From an uncultured Acidimicrobiaceae bacterium (GTDB taxonomy: Bacteria; Actinomycetota; Acidimicrobiia; Acidimicrobiales; SZUA-35), in assembly GCA_964551835.1 (NCBI GenBank), contig CAZKEM010000054.1, forward strand, positions 7,615 to 71,614: 64,000 bases of DNA, in the 5' to 3' direction. The notes beneath the pieces are model-generated. The model had not been told where the DNA came from and did not search any database. It was given only the letters and a program-made list of their open reading frames with translations. Made by a program: the position numbers and the translations under genes. This document shows, one piece after another, positions 31,143 to 42,637 of the stretch. Numbering within the stretch: position 1 is the first letter of the stretch; each line of letters starts with the position of its first letter.

Positions 31143-34100
31143 CTAGCCTTGTGTCGCGGCCATAATTGCCGCTACTTCGTCGGTGCCGTCGGCTTTCGCT
31201 TGGGCCTTTGCTTCCAGAACCGCTTTGAAGTCGGTCGGCATGACCTTCACGAACTTGGCGCTAGCTTGTTCCCACTCATCGAGCAAGGACTGGCCCAAGG
31301 TCGATTCCGTTTCGGTGACGTGGGTTCTAATGCGGTCCTGTAGCCATATTTTGTCGTCGGCAGAAAGCTCTTCGAGAGCCACCATCTCCATATTCACATT
31401 GGAGCTGAACGTCGCCTCAACGTCGTAAACATAGGCGATGCCGCCTGACATGCCGGCAGCGAAGTTACGACCGGTCGCCCCAAGGACAACGGCGCGCCCT
31501 CCTGTCATATACTCGCAGCCGTGATCGCCGATACCTTCGACAACGGCAATGGCTCCGGAGTTACGCACGCAGAACCGTTCGCCGACCTGTCCTCGCACGT
31601 AGAGTTCACCAGCCGTCGCTCCATAAAGAGTCACGTTGCCAGCGATGATCTGTTCTTCCGGCACGAAGGAAACATCAACCGGCGGTTTGACGATTAGACG
31701 CGCTCCGGAGAGGCCCTTACCGAGAAAGTCGTTGGCGTCACCAGTGAGCCGCATCGTGACACCAGCCGGCACAAAAGCACCGAAGCTGTTTCCCGCCGAC
31801 CCTTCGAAGTCGATCTGGATGGTGTCGTCAGCCAACCCCGCGCCGCCGTATTTCTTGGTCAGTTGATACCCAAGCATGGTGCCGGTCGAGCGGTCGGTGT
31901 TGTTGATTTCGCTCGCGAAGGTAACCGATTCTTGACTATCCAGGGCCGCCGCTGACTCTTCGATCAATGTGTTGTCGAGCACGGCCTCGAGCCCATGATC
32001 CTGCCCCGTCACGTTGCTACGAGGCGCGTCTTCGGCAATGTCTGGAAGATGTAGAATTGGTGATAGATCGAGGCCATCGGCTTTCCAGTGCTCGATGGCG
32101 TTGTTCACGTCGAGCGCTTCGACCTGGCCAATGGCTTCCTCGACCGAGCGGAACCCGAGTTCGGCCAAATACTCTCGGACTTCCTCGGCAATATATTCGA
32201 AGAAATTAACGACGAATTCTGGCTTGCCGCTGAACTTGCGACGCAACTCTGGGTTCTGGGTTGCGACGCCTACCGGGCAGGTGTCGAGGTGGCAGACCCG
32301 CATCATGATGCAGCCCGAGACCACAAGCGGTGCCGTAGCAAAGCCGAATTCGTCGGCGCCTAGCAACGCAGCGATAACAACGTCTCGTCCGGTTTTTAGC
32401 TGACCGTCGACTTGGACAACGATTCGACCGCGGAGATCGTTGAGCATCAGGGTTTGTTGGGTTTCGGCCAATCCGATTTCCCATGGCGTACCAGCGTGTT
32501 TGATCGAAGTGAGAGCGGCCGCTCCCGTGCCGCCGTCGTGACCACTAATCAAGACCACGTCCGCGTGCGCCTTTGACACACCAGCGGCTACTGTGCCGAC
32601 TCCTACCTCAGAAACGAGCTTGACGTGTACCCGTGCTTCAGGGTTCGCATTCTTAAGATCGAAAATCAGCTGGGCCAGGTCCTCGATCGAATAAATGTCG
32701 TGGTGCGGGGGAGGCGAGATTAGACCCACACCCGGAGTCGAGTGGCGGGTTTTTGCGATCCACGGCCATACTTTGTTACCGGGAAGCTGGCCACCTTCGC
32801 CAGGTTTTGCGCCCTGCGCCATCTTTATCTGGATGTCGTCGGAGTTGACTAAGTATTCACTCGTCACACCAAACCTGCCGGAAGCGACCTGTTTGATCGA
32901 GCTTCGACGTAAATCGCCGTTTTCGTCTGGAGTGAAACGATCCGGGTCTTCGCCGCCTTCGCCCGTGTTCGACTTGCCACCAATGCGATTCATGGCAATG
33001 GCTAAGTTCTGGTGAGCTTCTTGTGAGATAGAGCCATAGGACATCGCTCCGGTCGAGAACCGTTTGAAGATCTCTGAAGCTGGTTCGACCTGGTCGAGGG
33101 GAACCGGTGGGCGCGTGCCAGGGCGAAGCTTAATGAGCCCACGCAACGTCGCCAGTTTGACCGCCTGGTCATCTACCGCCGAGGTGTACTCTTTGAAAAT
33201 ATCGTATCGACCTGACCGCGTTGAGTGCTGAAGTTTGAACACGGTTTCTGGGTTAAATAGGTGGTGCTCGCCTTCTCCGCGCCATTTGTATTCTCCGCCG
33301 ACTTCGAGCGAGCGATGAGACCGGGTTTCTGGGTTAGGGGCAAACGCCAATGCGTGACGCTTCTCTAACTCAGCAGCGATGAGGTCGAGGCCGATCCCGT
33401 CGAGCTTGCTTGACGTCCCAGTGAAGTATTCTTCGACCAGTTCGTGGCTTAACCCGATCGCCTCAAAAATTTGGGCACCCGTGTAGGACATCACGGTTGA
33501 GATGCCCATTTTCGACAGCACCTTCAGCAAGCCCAGGTCAACCGACTTAACAAAATTTGTTCGCGCTTGTTGTGGGGTTACCTGTCCGAGCCCATAGCGG
33601 TCTTCACTAATCAGGTGGTCGAGGGCGTCGAAGGCCAGATACGGGTTAATGGCCGATGCCCCGTAGCCGATCAACATCGCAAAGTGGTGAACCTGACGGG
33701 CTTCACCAGATTCGACGACTAAGCCAACTCGGGTGCGGGTGCGTTCACGAACCAAATGGTGGTGCACGCCGCTGGTAGCCAACAGCGAAGGAATCGGAAT
33801 TAGATTTTCATTCGCACCCCGGTCGGAGAGAACCAAAATCGACGTTCCGTCAGCGACTGCTTCAGATGCTTTGGCCCGAATCGAGGTGAGTGCCGCCTCA
33901 AGGCCCGCTCCCCCACTACCTGCTTCGTACAGACATGGAATGACCACGGTAGAGAAATCTTCGAGACCTTCGGACGTATCGACTTCAATCAAACTCGCAA
34001 GTTGATCGTTGGTGATAATTGGGTGAGGCAAATAAATCTGGCGGCAAGACTCTGCTACCGGGTTCAGCAGGTTGATTTCGGGTCCGAGTGTTGAACAGAC

Positions 34101-35702
34101 CGAGGTGATCAGTTGTTCTCGAATAGCGTCGAGGGGCGGGTTCGTGACTTGAGCGAAATGCTGTTTGAAATAGTCGTACAACAGACGGGACTTGTCAGAC
34201 AATACCGCTAGCGGCGTGTCTGTTCCCATCGAACCGATCGCTTCCTTGCCTTTGGTAGCCATTGGCGTCAAGATCATCTTGTGCTCTTCAAGCGTGTACC
34301 CAAAGACTTGTTGCTGTTGTAGCAACGTCGCTTCGTCAGATAGTAGGTTGCGGTCGCTCGAACGAGTTTGTATGTCGTCTAGTTCGACGAGGTTTTGGTC
34401 TAGCCAGTCCTGGTACGGGCGTGCGGCAGCCAATTTCTCTTTGATTTCGTCGTCTCGAATAATCCGGCCTTCGTCGGTGTCGATGAGGAACATGCGACCC
34501 GGCTGCAGCCGACCCTTCTCGATAACTTTCGAAGAGTCAACCTGTACGACGCCAACTTCTGACGCCATAATGACCACATCGTCATCGGTGACCCAATAAC
34601 GTGATGGTCGGAGCCCGTTGCGATCTAGGACAGCACCGATGAGGGAACCATCGGTGAAGGCGATCGAAGCTGGGCCATCCCACGGCTCCATCAGCGAAGC
34701 GTGATACTGATAGAAAGCACGTCGTTCAGCCGACAATGACTCATGGTTCTCCCATGGCTCTGGGATCATCATCATGACCGCTTCAGGCATGCTGTAACCA
34801 CCGAGGCAGAGCAATTCGAGAACTTCGTCAAAGGCAGCCGTGTCGCTGCCACCCGGAGCACATATCGGCAGGATCCGGGAAATGTCTCCTGGAATCAAGT
34901 CGGTTTCGAGAAGCGCCTCACGTGCCCGCATCCAGTTTCGGTTACCTCGGTCCGTATTTATTTCACCGTTGTGGGCAACCATGCGAAATGGGTGAGCTAA
35001 CGGCCATGCCGGAAACGTGTTGGTCGAGAAACGGGAGTGGACAATGGCCAACGCCGATTCGCAACGCTCGTCAACCAGGTCAGGAAAGAAGTCGGCTAAC
35101 TGTGCTGTGGTTAGCATCCCTTTGTACGTAATCGTCCGGCTCGACAGAGACGGGAAGTAGACGGGAACGTCTAGGTTTATTTCGCGTTCGAACCGCTTTC
35201 TAGCAACATAGACCTGCCGATCGAGATCGATTCCGCCAACACCGTCGCCAGCGATAAAGACCTGGCTGAACTGTGGCATCGTTACCAACGCTTGACTTCC
35301 TACGCCCTCGGTATTAACCGGTGTTTGTCGCCACCCGAGAACCCGCAGACCTTCTTCTTTGGTAATCCGCTCGATCTCTTCTCGTGACTTATCAGCCGCG
35401 TCGTCTGACTGAGGAAGGAAACCTATCCCGGTTGCGTACCGACCAGCGGGCGGGAGCTCGAAGTCGACGACTTCCCGAAAGAGTCTGTCCGGAACTTGCA
35501 ACAGAATTCCTGCACCATCGCCTGTGTTGATCTCGGCGCCTTTTGCGCCTCGATGATCCAAACGACACAGCGCACCGACGGCCTGTTGAACTATTGAATG
35601 ACTGATGCGACCTTTAAGATCGCATACAAAATTTAGTCCACACGAATCGTGTTCGTTTGCTGGGTCATACAGACCTTGCTTCGGTGGAAATTCAGACCGC
35701 AT
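31143..35702 (-). CDS. gltB: Glutamate synthase large subunit
   Basis: [55 protein letters not shown] domain. Confidence 0.98.
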   Translation of the reverse strand: MRSEFPPKQGLYDPANEHDSCGLNFVCDLKGRISHSIVQQAVGALCRLDHRGAKGAEINTGDGAGILLQVPDRLFREVVDFELPPAGRYATGIGFLPQSDDAADKSREEIERITKEEGLRVLGWRQTPVNTEGVGSQALVTMPQFSQVFIAGDGVGGIDLDRQVYVARKRFEREINLDVPVYFPSLSSRTITYKGMLTTAQLADFFPDLVDERCESALAIVHSRFSTNTFPAWPLAHPFRMVAHNGEINTDRGNRNWMRAREALLETDLIPGDISRILPICAPGGSDTAAFDEVLELLCLGGYSMPEAVMMMIPEPWENHESLSAERRAFYQYHASLMEPWDGPASIAFTDGSLIGAVLDRNGLRPSRYWVTDDDVVIMASEVGVVQVDSSKVIEKGRLQPGRMFLIDTDEGRIIRDDEIKEKLAAARPYQDWLDQNLVELDDIQTRSSDRNLLSDEATLLQQQQVFGYTLEEHKMILTPMATKGKEAIGSMGTDTPLAVLSDKSRLLYDYFKQHFAQVTNPPLDAIREQLITSVCSTLGPEINLLNPVAESCRQIYLPHPIITNDQLASLIEVDTSEGLEDFSTVVIPCLYEAGSGGAGLEAALTSIRAKASEAVADGTSILVLSDRGANENLIPIPSLLATSGVHHHLVRERTRTRVGLVVESGEARQVHHFAMLIGYGASAINPYLAFDALDHLISEDRYGLGQVTPQQARTNFVKSVDLGLLKVLSKMGISTVMSYTGAQIFEAIGLSHELVEEYFTGTSSKLDGIGLDLIAAELEKRHALAFAPNPETRSHRSLEVGGEYKWRGEGEHHLFNPETVFKLQHSTRSGRYDIFKEYTSAVDDQAVKLATLRGLIKLRPGTRPPVPLDQVEPASEIFKRFSTGAMSYGSISQEAHQNLAIAMNRIGGKSNTGEGGEDPDRFTPDENGDLRRSSIKQVASGRFGVTSEYLVNSDDIQIKMAQGAKPGEGGQLPGNKVWPWIAKTRHSTPGVGLISPPPHHDIYSIEDLAQLIFDLKNANPEARVHVKLVSEVGVGTVAAGVSKAHADVVLISGHDGGTGAAALTSIKHAGTPWEIGLAETQQTLMLNDLRGRIVVQVDGQLKTGRDVVIAALLGADEFGFATAPLVVSGCIMMRVCHLDTCPVGVATQNPELRRKFSGKPEFVVNFFEYIAEEVREYLAELGFRSVEEAIGQVEALDVNNAIEHWKADGLDLSPILHLPDIAEDAPRSNVTGQDHGLEAVLDNTLIEESAAALDSQESVTFASEINNTDRSTGTMLGYQLTKKYGGAGLADDTIQIDFEGSAGNSFGAFVPAGVTMRLTGDANDFLGKGLSGARLIVKPPVDVSFVPEEQIIAGNVTLYGATAGELYVRGQVGERFCVRNSGAIAVVEGIGDHGCEYMTGGRAVVLGATGRNFAAGMSGGIAYVYDVEATFSSNVNMEMVALEELSADDKIWLQDRIRTHVTETESTLGQSLLDEWEQASAKFVKVMPTDFKAVLEAKAQAKADGTDEVAAIMAATQG

Positions 35703-35890
35703 TTGGGCTCCTGGAGTAAAAAGACCTGTTCAGGCATAGGGACTCCGTTGGCCCTCGGCCTTCCCACGATACCACCAAACAACCGGTTCAAGCCAACCGT
35801 TAACGAGTCTCAACAACTAGAATGTCGAAGGTCCGAGTCATACAACCGTGGATCGCCAGAAATCGAGCACGACGTGTGACTAATGCCCAC

Positions 35891-36316
35891 TCAGGCACCC
35901 GGTGGCTGGCCAGACGGTTCACCCAAAGTCAGCAAGTATCCATCGGGATCCACTGCCCAGACTTCTCTCATTCCGTACCATGAGAGTTTCGGCTGTTTGA
36001 TTACGGCGCTTCCGAGAGCTTCTATTAAGCGGTCCAAATCTTCAACCCGGAGGTAGATACTCGCGGTGGCTGAAGGCTGATCATCAACACCGACGCCTGG
36101 AGCCTCACCGCTGAAGCTTTCGCGGCATTGCAACATCAACTCGCCGGACCCAAGCTTTATGTTCGCAAAAATGAGAGGCTGGTCAGGCTCATTGTCGCCG
36201 AGGACCTCCCCTTCCGCTGGAACGCGAGTCACGACTTCGAAGCCAAGTAAGTCGCGGTAGAACCCAACTGATTGCTCGACGTCGGTGACCATCAGATTCG
36301 TTACAACAGTTGCCAT
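35891..36316 (-). CDS. VOC/glyoxalase family protein
   Basis: NLMVTDVEQSVGFYRDLLGF, WYGMRE, DPDGYLLT; ATG directly follows the upstream TAG. Confidence 0.9.
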   Translation of the reverse strand: MATVVTNLMVTDVEQSVGFYRDLLGFEVVTRVPAEGEVLGDNEPDQPLIFANIKLGSGELMLQCRESFSGEAPGVGVDDQPSATASIYLRVEDLDRLIEALGSAVIKQPKLSWYGMREVWAVDPDGYLLTLGEPSGQPPGA

Positions 36317-37057
36317 CTAGTTTCCTTCGCTATCTTGAGATTTGAGACGTTTCACATGGTCGTCGACCGATTGTTTCATCCGATCGACGTGATCACTAAA
36401 AATTGCATCGACATTCATTTCGAGAAGCCGCTTTAGGTCTGCAGGGCGCTGCAAGTCCCACGCCATGGCGAGCAGCCCCTTAGCATGAACCATCTCTACG
36501 TACGAAGCGGTCCAATCCGTGTGGTGCATATTCACAGCGTCGGTTCGCGCTTCGACTAACGAGACCAGTCTATGTTCGAATCCTTCCTTAACATGTTTGA
36601 TTCGGGTACTGTCGACCAGTTTTATTTCATCGGAAAGACTCCGCCAACCAGCCACGACCCGCCAGTCAGGATGACATAGCCAGAGCCGCCTCAAAATTGC
36701 GGGGTCAAACTTCCGAGAGACGTTTACAACTTCGGCCGCCGCTTTTGCATCCTTGACATCAAGCGAAAGGTCGAAGTTGGTTCCGCAGTGCTGATAGAAC
36801 TCTAACAAAGATGGGATGTGTGAAGGAAGGTCCGACCGACGAACATCTCGGATCTTGACTGTCTTACGCCATTTGCGGACTACCCCGTCATGGTCCATCA
36901 CGATGTACCCGTCAGATGAAATCCAGACATCTGATTCAAGGGCAGTTGCACCCATTTTGAGCGCCAACATGAACGACTCAATCGTGTTGTCAACAGAATG
37001 GGCACGCGCACCCCTATGGGCAAACCCGACTGGCGGTCTTCTAGATTCGATACTCAC
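36317..37057 (-). CDS. Glycerophosphodiester phosphodiesterase
   Basis: AHRGA, NTIESF, LESDVW, HDG, DAIFSD. Confidence 0.9.
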   Translation of the reverse strand: MSIESRRPPVGFAHRGARAHSVDNTIESFMLALKMGATALESDVWISSDGYIVMDHDGVVRKWRKTVKIRDVRRSDLPSHIPSLLEFYQHCGTNFDLSLDVKDAKAAAEVVNVSRKFDPAILRRLWLCHPDWRVVAGWRSLSDEIKLVDSTRIKHVKEGFEHRLVSLVEARTDAVNMHHTDWTASYVEMVHAKGLLAMAWDLQRPADLKRLLEMNVDAIFSDHVDRMKQSVDDHVKRLKSQDSEGN

Positions 37058-37349
37058 AAGAATATCTTAGAATACGCAGCTCCCATTAGGTCAACAGGGT
37101 CAACGGCCAGCCGTCGATGCCAACTCCGTCCGCTTTCTCGACAATCTAGAGCTACAATTACGTAAGAGTAAGAAGTTTCCAAATAATCACGACGTCGGTT
37201 TGATTCCTGCTTTTGTCCACCAGAAGTGGTTACGAAGCTCAATCGTTCAGCATCTTTGTTGCGGTATGTCCCGAACTTTGACTAGTTTTATATGTACAAA
37301 TTTGTTTCGGGCGAACGTGTCGGACCTTGGCAATCGAGGAAGGTGTCTT

Positions 37350-38312
37350 GTGGGCGAAAACGGTAAGAAATCCAAAAACTCAGACGACAAGAAGAAGACT
37401 GGGGTCAACACGACCAAAAAGTCACGCTTGGTTAAAGATGGCGCCGTAGTCGAGGACGCGGCAGGTCACGGTGCCGGTTCAGCTACCGCCAAGAAGGACA
37501 AGCCAACGGCCGAAAAGAAGTCATCTGACTCGCGGCCAGCCGGTAGGAGCAGAAAGTCGAAGCGTCCCAACGTTGGTTCAAACTCAGCGAAGTCTTTGGA
37601 CTCGACCAAGTCCACTAAACCAACCAGTACATCATCGTCAAGCGCCAAAACCGTCAAATCCACCACAGCAACCAGCACATCATCAAGCGCCAAAACCGCC
37701 AAATCCACCGCAGCAACCAGCACATCATCGAGCGCCGCTAGCACCGTCAACTACGCCGAATACGATCTAGATGCCGGAATCGCTCGATACATTTGGTGGG
37801 GGCTCGCCTGCCTTGCCCTACTTCTCGCCGTTGGGCTCGCAGCCACCCAACGGTTCGGATCAACCGACGACTCGGCGGCGAACAGTTCGAACCAAGCAGC
37901 CAATGGTGCCGGACCTACCACGGTCGACGATACCACGGCTCCAGCTGACGGCATTGTCGCAAACAATGACGAAACCCCATCTAGCGATTCAGGCCCAGCC
38001 GGACCAGTTTCAGAACTCGAAGCGAGTTCGGTTGCCGCCCTTAGTGCCGTCGCACTTGACGAACGTGTAAACGTAGCTATCGATGGCGATACGGCAACGC
38101 TGACTGGCTCGGTAACAACCGAGGCTGACAAGGCCAGCGCGGAGAAGTCGGTTGAAGCCGTAGACGGTGTCAACAACGTCGTCAACGACCTTGAGGTCGA
38201 CCCCGAAGCCAAACCTCCGTCGACTGAAGAGACCGCTCCGACGTCAACCGACGAACCGGCCGAGACGCCAGTAGCCGAACCGGAGCCAGCAGAACCATCC
38301 TACAACGGCTAG
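37350..38312 (+). CDS. Membrane-anchored BON-domain protein with a Lys/Ser/Thr low-complexity N-terminus
   Basis: GTG 37350 after GAGGAAGG; TM YIWWGLACLALLLAVGL; BON motif ATLTGSV...VDGVNNVVNDL. Confidence 0.8.
   Translation: MGENGKKSKNSDDKKKTGVNTTKKSRLVKDGAVVEDAAGHGAGSATAKKDKPTAEKKSSDSRPAGRSRKSKRPNVGSNSAKSLDSTKSTKPTSTSSSSAKTVKSTTATSTSSSAKTAKSTAATSTSSSAASTVNYAEYDLDAGIARYIWWGLACLALLLAVGLAATQRFGSTDDSAANSSNQAANGAGPTTVDDTTAPADGIVANNDETPSSDSGPAGPVSELEASSVAALSAVALDERVNVAIDGDTATLTGSVTTEADKASAEKSVEAVDGVNNVVNDLEVDPEAKPPSTEETAPTSTDEPAETPVAEPEPAEPSYNG
37622..37738. repeat. 45-48 bp tandem repeat, about 2.5 copies, encoding TSTSSSAKT(A/V)KST(T/A)A
   Basis: Repeated AACCAGCACATCATC..GCGCCAAAACCG.CAAATCCACC.CAGC. 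Confidence 0.85.
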
Positions 38313-38321
38313 TCGTCTGAC

Positions 38322-39092
38322 GTGAGAGCCGTAAAATATGCGCCGGTTGCAATTCTGTTGCTGGCGGTATTTACGGCATCAACTTTTCCCGGGGCTAACC
38401 CCCGTCGCCAGGCTGAACCCAACCTACTACGGGCATCAGCGGTCCAAGTTCAACCAGTCGCCGCCCTTCAGGTCCTTAGAAGTAATCCGACGAGCACCTT
38501 GGTAGCTCACGCAACAACGACCGAATCGGTTGTCTTTGAACGCGCAACAGAGACTTCCGCCGTTCTCACGACCTTGTCCAACCCAACCACAACCGGCGGG
38601 CCACTGGTTTTTCAGGTAGTCGACGGAAGTTCAGACTGGCTAAAAGTCAAGCTGCCAATCCGCCCAAACGGGTCTGTCGGCTGGGTAAAGGAAAGTTCGG
38701 TTGACCTGACCATAAACCACTACCGCGTTGCTATCGACGCTTCCGACCACGTCATCCAGGTCACCTATCGAGGCGAGACCATTCTCGAAACCGAGGTGGC
38801 AATCGGCAAAGGATCCACGCCAACCCCAATAGGATCGTTCTATCTAACTGAACTCTTAGAACCCAGCAGCCCAAACGGGATTTACGGACCGTTCGCATTC
38901 GGGCTTTCAGGGTACTCTGAGACACTCCAGTCCTTCAACGGAGGTGACGGGGTCATCGGCCTCCATGGAACTAACGACCCTTCGGCGCTCGGCACAGACG
39001 TTAGTCATGGCTGCGTTCGCATCGACAATGAGGTCATAACCGAACTCGCGAGTCTTCTGCCGTTAGGTACGCCCGTAAGAATTACCGCATAG
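38322..39092 (+). CDS. L,D-transpeptidase (YkuD domain)
   Basis: LPIRPNGSVGWV, TPTPIGSF, IGLHGT...SHGCVRI. Confidence 0.93.
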   Translation: MRAVKYAPVAILLLAVFTASTFPGANPRRQAEPNLLRASAVQVQPVAALQVLRSNPTSTLVAHATTTESVVFERATETSAVLTTLSNPTTTGGPLVFQVVDGSSDWLKVKLPIRPNGSVGWVKESSVDLTINHYRVAIDASDHVIQVTYRGETILETEVAIGKGSTPTPIGSFYLTELLEPSSPNGIYGPFAFGLSGYSETLQSFNGGDGVIGLHGTNDPSALGTDVSHGCVRIDNEVITELASLLPLGTPVRITA

Positions 39093-39169
39093 ACCCTGAT
39101 CACAAACGAACGGCGGCTCGAGAACGTCAATTCGTCTCACAACGGACTCGTCAGTCCCGATAGTAAGAG

Positions 39170-40933
39170 ATGGGCTACCTTCCGTCTCTTCCATCGATGC
39201 GCGACAACCGTTCACGAACTCACAGACCGCTCAGGAACTTCACCGGATTGTGGGCAATTGTTGCCGCTGTGGCCTTACTCACCTCGCTCTACGACGCAGA
39301 TGTCGCCACCGCAGAGAACCAGCCACCGATGGACACAGGGTTCGAAGAAACATCCACCGAGGCATTCATAAAGGAACCGGTAACCGTCGAGCTAACACCG
39401 GGCGACGAGATACTCATACTTGAAGACGTCTCACTGGACATCCACTTCGAGGTCAGGAGCAAGAACGCTGGAGTTTGGAGCGAGGCAATAGCGCTCGACG
39501 GCCACGGGGACGAAGGGCCAGATGCCGTTGCCACAGGCGAAGGCGCTGGAGCCGATCCGTTCGTTACGAACATAGGGCCCATCTGGCTCGGCGACGACGC
39601 CGAAGCCGTTGAACTACGAGCGTCGGTTCCCACTCGGGTAATGGTGACGACCCTACGGCCCTCAACATCTCCGGCACAGTTCGCTGAAACACGTGTAAAC
39701 GGAACGCAACTCTCCGCTGCCCAACCGGCAATTCAGCCACGATCGGCCTGGGCGACCAGTGGCTGGGCCTACGAAACTGGCGGGTGCGAAAACGGACCGA
39801 TCGTGGCCGACAGAACCAACGCGGTCGTCGTGCACCATACGGTAACCTCTAACAACTACAGCCGAGACCAGGTCGACGACATAATTCGAAGCATCTATCA
39901 CCTCCACGTAAACATCAACGGCTGGTGCGACATCGGATACAACTTTGTGGTCGACCGGTTCGGCGCAATTTGGGAAGCGCGGTCAGGGGGAACACATAAC
40001 TCGGTCGTAGGTGGTCACGCCAGGGGGTTCAACACCAACACCGCAGGTGTCGCCCTCCTTGGCCAGCACCATTCCGGCGCAAACCCGCCAGCGAGCGCTC
40101 CGACTCAGAGCGCCAAAGACGCTGTCGCCAAACTGGCGGCATGGAAACTGTCCTTAAGCGACGTTAGACCAACTCAGCAAGTCAGCCTCACGAACGGATC
40201 GACTGGGGCTGCCGGAAGTTACCCAGCAATTCTTGCTCACAGGGACCTGGGTCAAACATCGTGTCCAGGAAGTTTGTCGATGGCATTCGTGCGGGCGCTT
40301 CCCCAAATCGCCAACGAATATGTAAACCATAGCTCGTATGTCAACGCCCTTTCCGAGACCTTTGATGGTCGCCCGCTGCATAACAACGAAATCGAATATT
40401 GGCAGTCAGTTCTCAAACGGCAAGGCTACGAATCAACGGCGAACGAATTCGCTCGATCGTCGCACAACGTTGGCCGACTCGTCGACCGTCTCTACCAGAC
40501 CGCTCTTGGTCGAGCAGCCGATACGGAAGGACGAGCCCAGTGGGTTAGCTGGCTTCAGGCCGACCACACCTACGCCCAGGTCGCCCTCCATTTTCATGGG
40601 TCCGACGAAATTTCTCAGCAACACCCCGGAGACACGAGTTACGTGACCCAGCTCTACCGATCGATCCTGGGACGAGAACCCGATGCTGCAGGTCGGGCTG
40701 ACTGGGTCCGACGACTGCAAACAGGTCAAACCACCCGTCACCAAGCAGCCCATCTGTTTATCCAGTCCGAAGAAGGTCGCCAGCAACGAGTCGACGCGCT
40801 GTACCGGGACATCTTAGGTAGGCCTGCAGGCCAAGCAGGGTACGACGCCTGGGCGGACTATTTACTGACCGGTGACGACCGTTCGCTGGCAGTCAAATTT
40901 GCCATTTCAACGGAGTACCAAAACAACATTTGA
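39170..40933 (+). CDS. N-acetylmuramoyl-L-alanine amidase (Amidase_2/PGRP-like) with C-terminal DUF4214-like repeats
   Basis: VVHHT, GWCDIGYNF, GGHARGFN, AHRD, TSCPG; repeats LY..LGR.(A/P)D..G...W. Confidence 0.9.
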   Translation: MGYLPSLPSMRDNRSRTHRPLRNFTGLWAIVAAVALLTSLYDADVATAENQPPMDTGFEETSTEAFIKEPVTVELTPGDEILILEDVSLDIHFEVRSKNAGVWSEAIALDGHGDEGPDAVATGEGAGADPFVTNIGPIWLGDDAEAVELRASVPTRVMVTTLRPSTSPAQFAETRVNGTQLSAAQPAIQPRSAWATSGWAYETGGCENGPIVADRTNAVVVHHTVTSNNYSRDQVDDIIRSIYHLHVNINGWCDIGYNFVVDRFGAIWEARSGGTHNSVVGGHARGFNTNTAGVALLGQHHSGANPPASAPTQSAKDAVAKLAAWKLSLSDVRPTQQVSLTNGSTGAAGSYPAILAHRDLGQTSCPGSLSMAFVRALPQIANEYVNHSSYVNALSETFDGRPLHNNEIEYWQSVLKRQGYESTANEFARSSHNVGRLVDRLYQTALGRAADTEGRAQWVSWLQADHTYAQVALHFHGSDEISQQHPGDTSYVTQLYRSILGREPDAAGRADWVRRLQTGQTTRHQAAHLFIQSEEGRQQRVDALYRDILGRPAGQAGYDAWADYLLTGDDRSLAVKFAISTEYQNNI

Positions 40934-40974
40934 TTGCCGATCTTCAAAAAGGCGTGGCCTCGTCGTAGGCGGAT

Positions 40975-41652
40975 TCATCCGTCAGAGCTCAGCAACGGCC
41001 CCAAACATACGATTAGACCGTTTGAGTACGTGACTGTCTCGGTAGATTCCGCTGGGCATTCGCCACTGACATTCGCCGACCCGACAATTTTACCGTCGGC
41101 GGTAGCGTTACACGGACGGCCGATGAGCTGAGGGCCAGTGGTTATGTCAACACAGTCACCTACCTCAAGTCCGCCTCCAATCGCAGGTCCCGTCGATTCT
41201 GGTTCGTTCTCGTCGTCATTGGCATCCGCACTGTAGATAAAGACGAGTAGAAGAGCCGCGATAATTCCCACCACTGGCAATGCTCGCAATACGGACGAAT
41301 GACGGTTCGAAATTTCTTCCTGTTCGGCGTTACGACGATTGTGAAGGTGGTCGCGATTGAGTAATCGCGGGTCGATTCGGGTGACACCATCATCGGTCGA
41401 ATACAGTCTTGGCCCCGACGTTGAGCTTCGACGTAGCTCATCATCGTAGGTTCGACGTTTAGCCGTATCACCCAAAACACTCCATGCCTCATTAACGCGA
41501 CGCATCGACTCTTCGGCCTTCTTCGCCTGCGCTGGTGAACTCCCCGAGTGACTATCAGGGTGCCACCTACGGGCAGCCCGATAATAGGCTGCCTGGAGTG
41601 TCTTGTGGTCAGCATCGTCTCCTACGCCAAGTACCTGGTAGTGAGTCTTCAA
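40975..41652 (-). CDS. Membrane-anchored J-domain (DnaJ-like) protein with a Cys-containing extracytoplasmic domain
   Basis: HYQVLGV, RWHPD, VNEAWSVL, RRTYD; one TM; four Cys in the C-terminal domain. Confidence 0.88.
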   Translation of the reverse strand: MKTHYQVLGVGDDADHKTLQAAYYRAARRWHPDSHSGSSPAQAKKAEESMRRVNEAWSVLGDTAKRRTYDDELRRSSTSGPRLYSTDDGVTRIDPRLLNRDHLHNRRNAEQEEISNRHSSVLRALPVVGIIAALLLVFIYSADANDDENEPESTGPAIGGGLEVGDCVDITTGPQLIGRPCNATADGKIVGSANVSGECPAESTETVTYSNGLIVCLGPLLSSDG

Positions 41653-41740
41653 GTTCGGGAGTCTCCTATTCTCCTGCTAATGGTAGGACGAACATCGCCT
41701 AGTGCCCTCATCAAACAACACCTGAAGGCAATTCAACTTG

Positions 41741-42616
41741 TCACAGTGAAACACCTAAGGCCAACGCCAGACCGACGACAATCTGAACCCGCCCCGTCGC
41801 TCCAAGGACCCCGATCAACTGCTCGCCTACAGCACCGGAAAGAACGACCTTGGCTGGCTGGATCGCTAATAACAACCCAATCATCGCCACCCCTACGAAC
41901 GGATGATTGATGGCCGTGACTCCACACGTTACCGCCGCGCCGGCAAACAAGGCCACGTATAGAAACCTGGTTGAACGATCACCCAATTTCACTGCCAATG
42001 TTTGCTTGCCACTGGCACGATCGGTCGGGATGTCACGAAGGTTGTTGATCACCAGCAGTGCTACAGCAAGAAAACCTACGGGAACCGACACCAAAACGGC
42101 CAGCCAGGTAACCGACTCGGTGTGTACATAGGCCGAACCAACCGTCGCCACTACGCCAAAGAAGACGAAGACAAAAACCTCACCCAGTCCGTAGTAGCCA
42201 TATGGAGCGGGGCCACCCGTATACGCCCAACCGGCCAGCATCGAGACGGCCCCTACCATAAGCAGCTCCCAACCAACTACAGCAGCTAGCATGAGGCCGG
42301 CCAAACCGGCAACAACAAACGCCGTTCCGGCAGCGATCTTTACCACTCGAGACGAAACCAAACCTGAACCGACAAGCCGAACCGGCCCAACCCGGTCGTC
42401 ATCGGTGCCTCTGTCACCATCGGCATAGTCGTTTACGTAGTTCGTCGCGACCTGCAACCCAAGGGATACAACCATGGCCGCTACAGCTCGCCACCATATA
42501 AGCGGCCCGACGGTCGAAGCCGCAGCTGTACCGACCAAGACCGGAACCACTGCCGCCGGTAGGGTTTTCAGGCGAGCTCCGATGAGCAAGTTGTGAGTTA
42601 ATGAGTTAGAACTCAT
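41741..42616 (-). CDS. menA: 1,4-dihydroxy-2-naphthoate polyprenyltransferase
   Basis: ARLKTLPAA, NYVNDYADG.RGTD, YTGGPAPYGY.GLGE, NNLRDI.TD..SGKQTL. Confidence 0.96.
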   Translation of the reverse strand: MSSNSLTHNLLIGARLKTLPAAVVPVLVGTAAASTVGPLIWWRAVAAMVVSLGLQVATNYVNDYADGDRGTDDDRVGPVRLVGSGLVSSRVVKIAAGTAFVVAGLAGLMLAAVVGWELLMVGAVSMLAGWAYTGGPAPYGYYGLGEVFVFVFFGVVATVGSAYVHTESVTWLAVLVSVPVGFLAVALLVINNLRDIPTDRASGKQTLAVKLGDRSTRFLYVALFAGAAVTCGVTAINHPFVGVAMIGLLLAIQPAKVVLSGAVGEQLIGVLGATGRVQIVVGLALALGVSL

Positions 42617-42637
42617 CTAGCCAATGTAGTGGCACCG

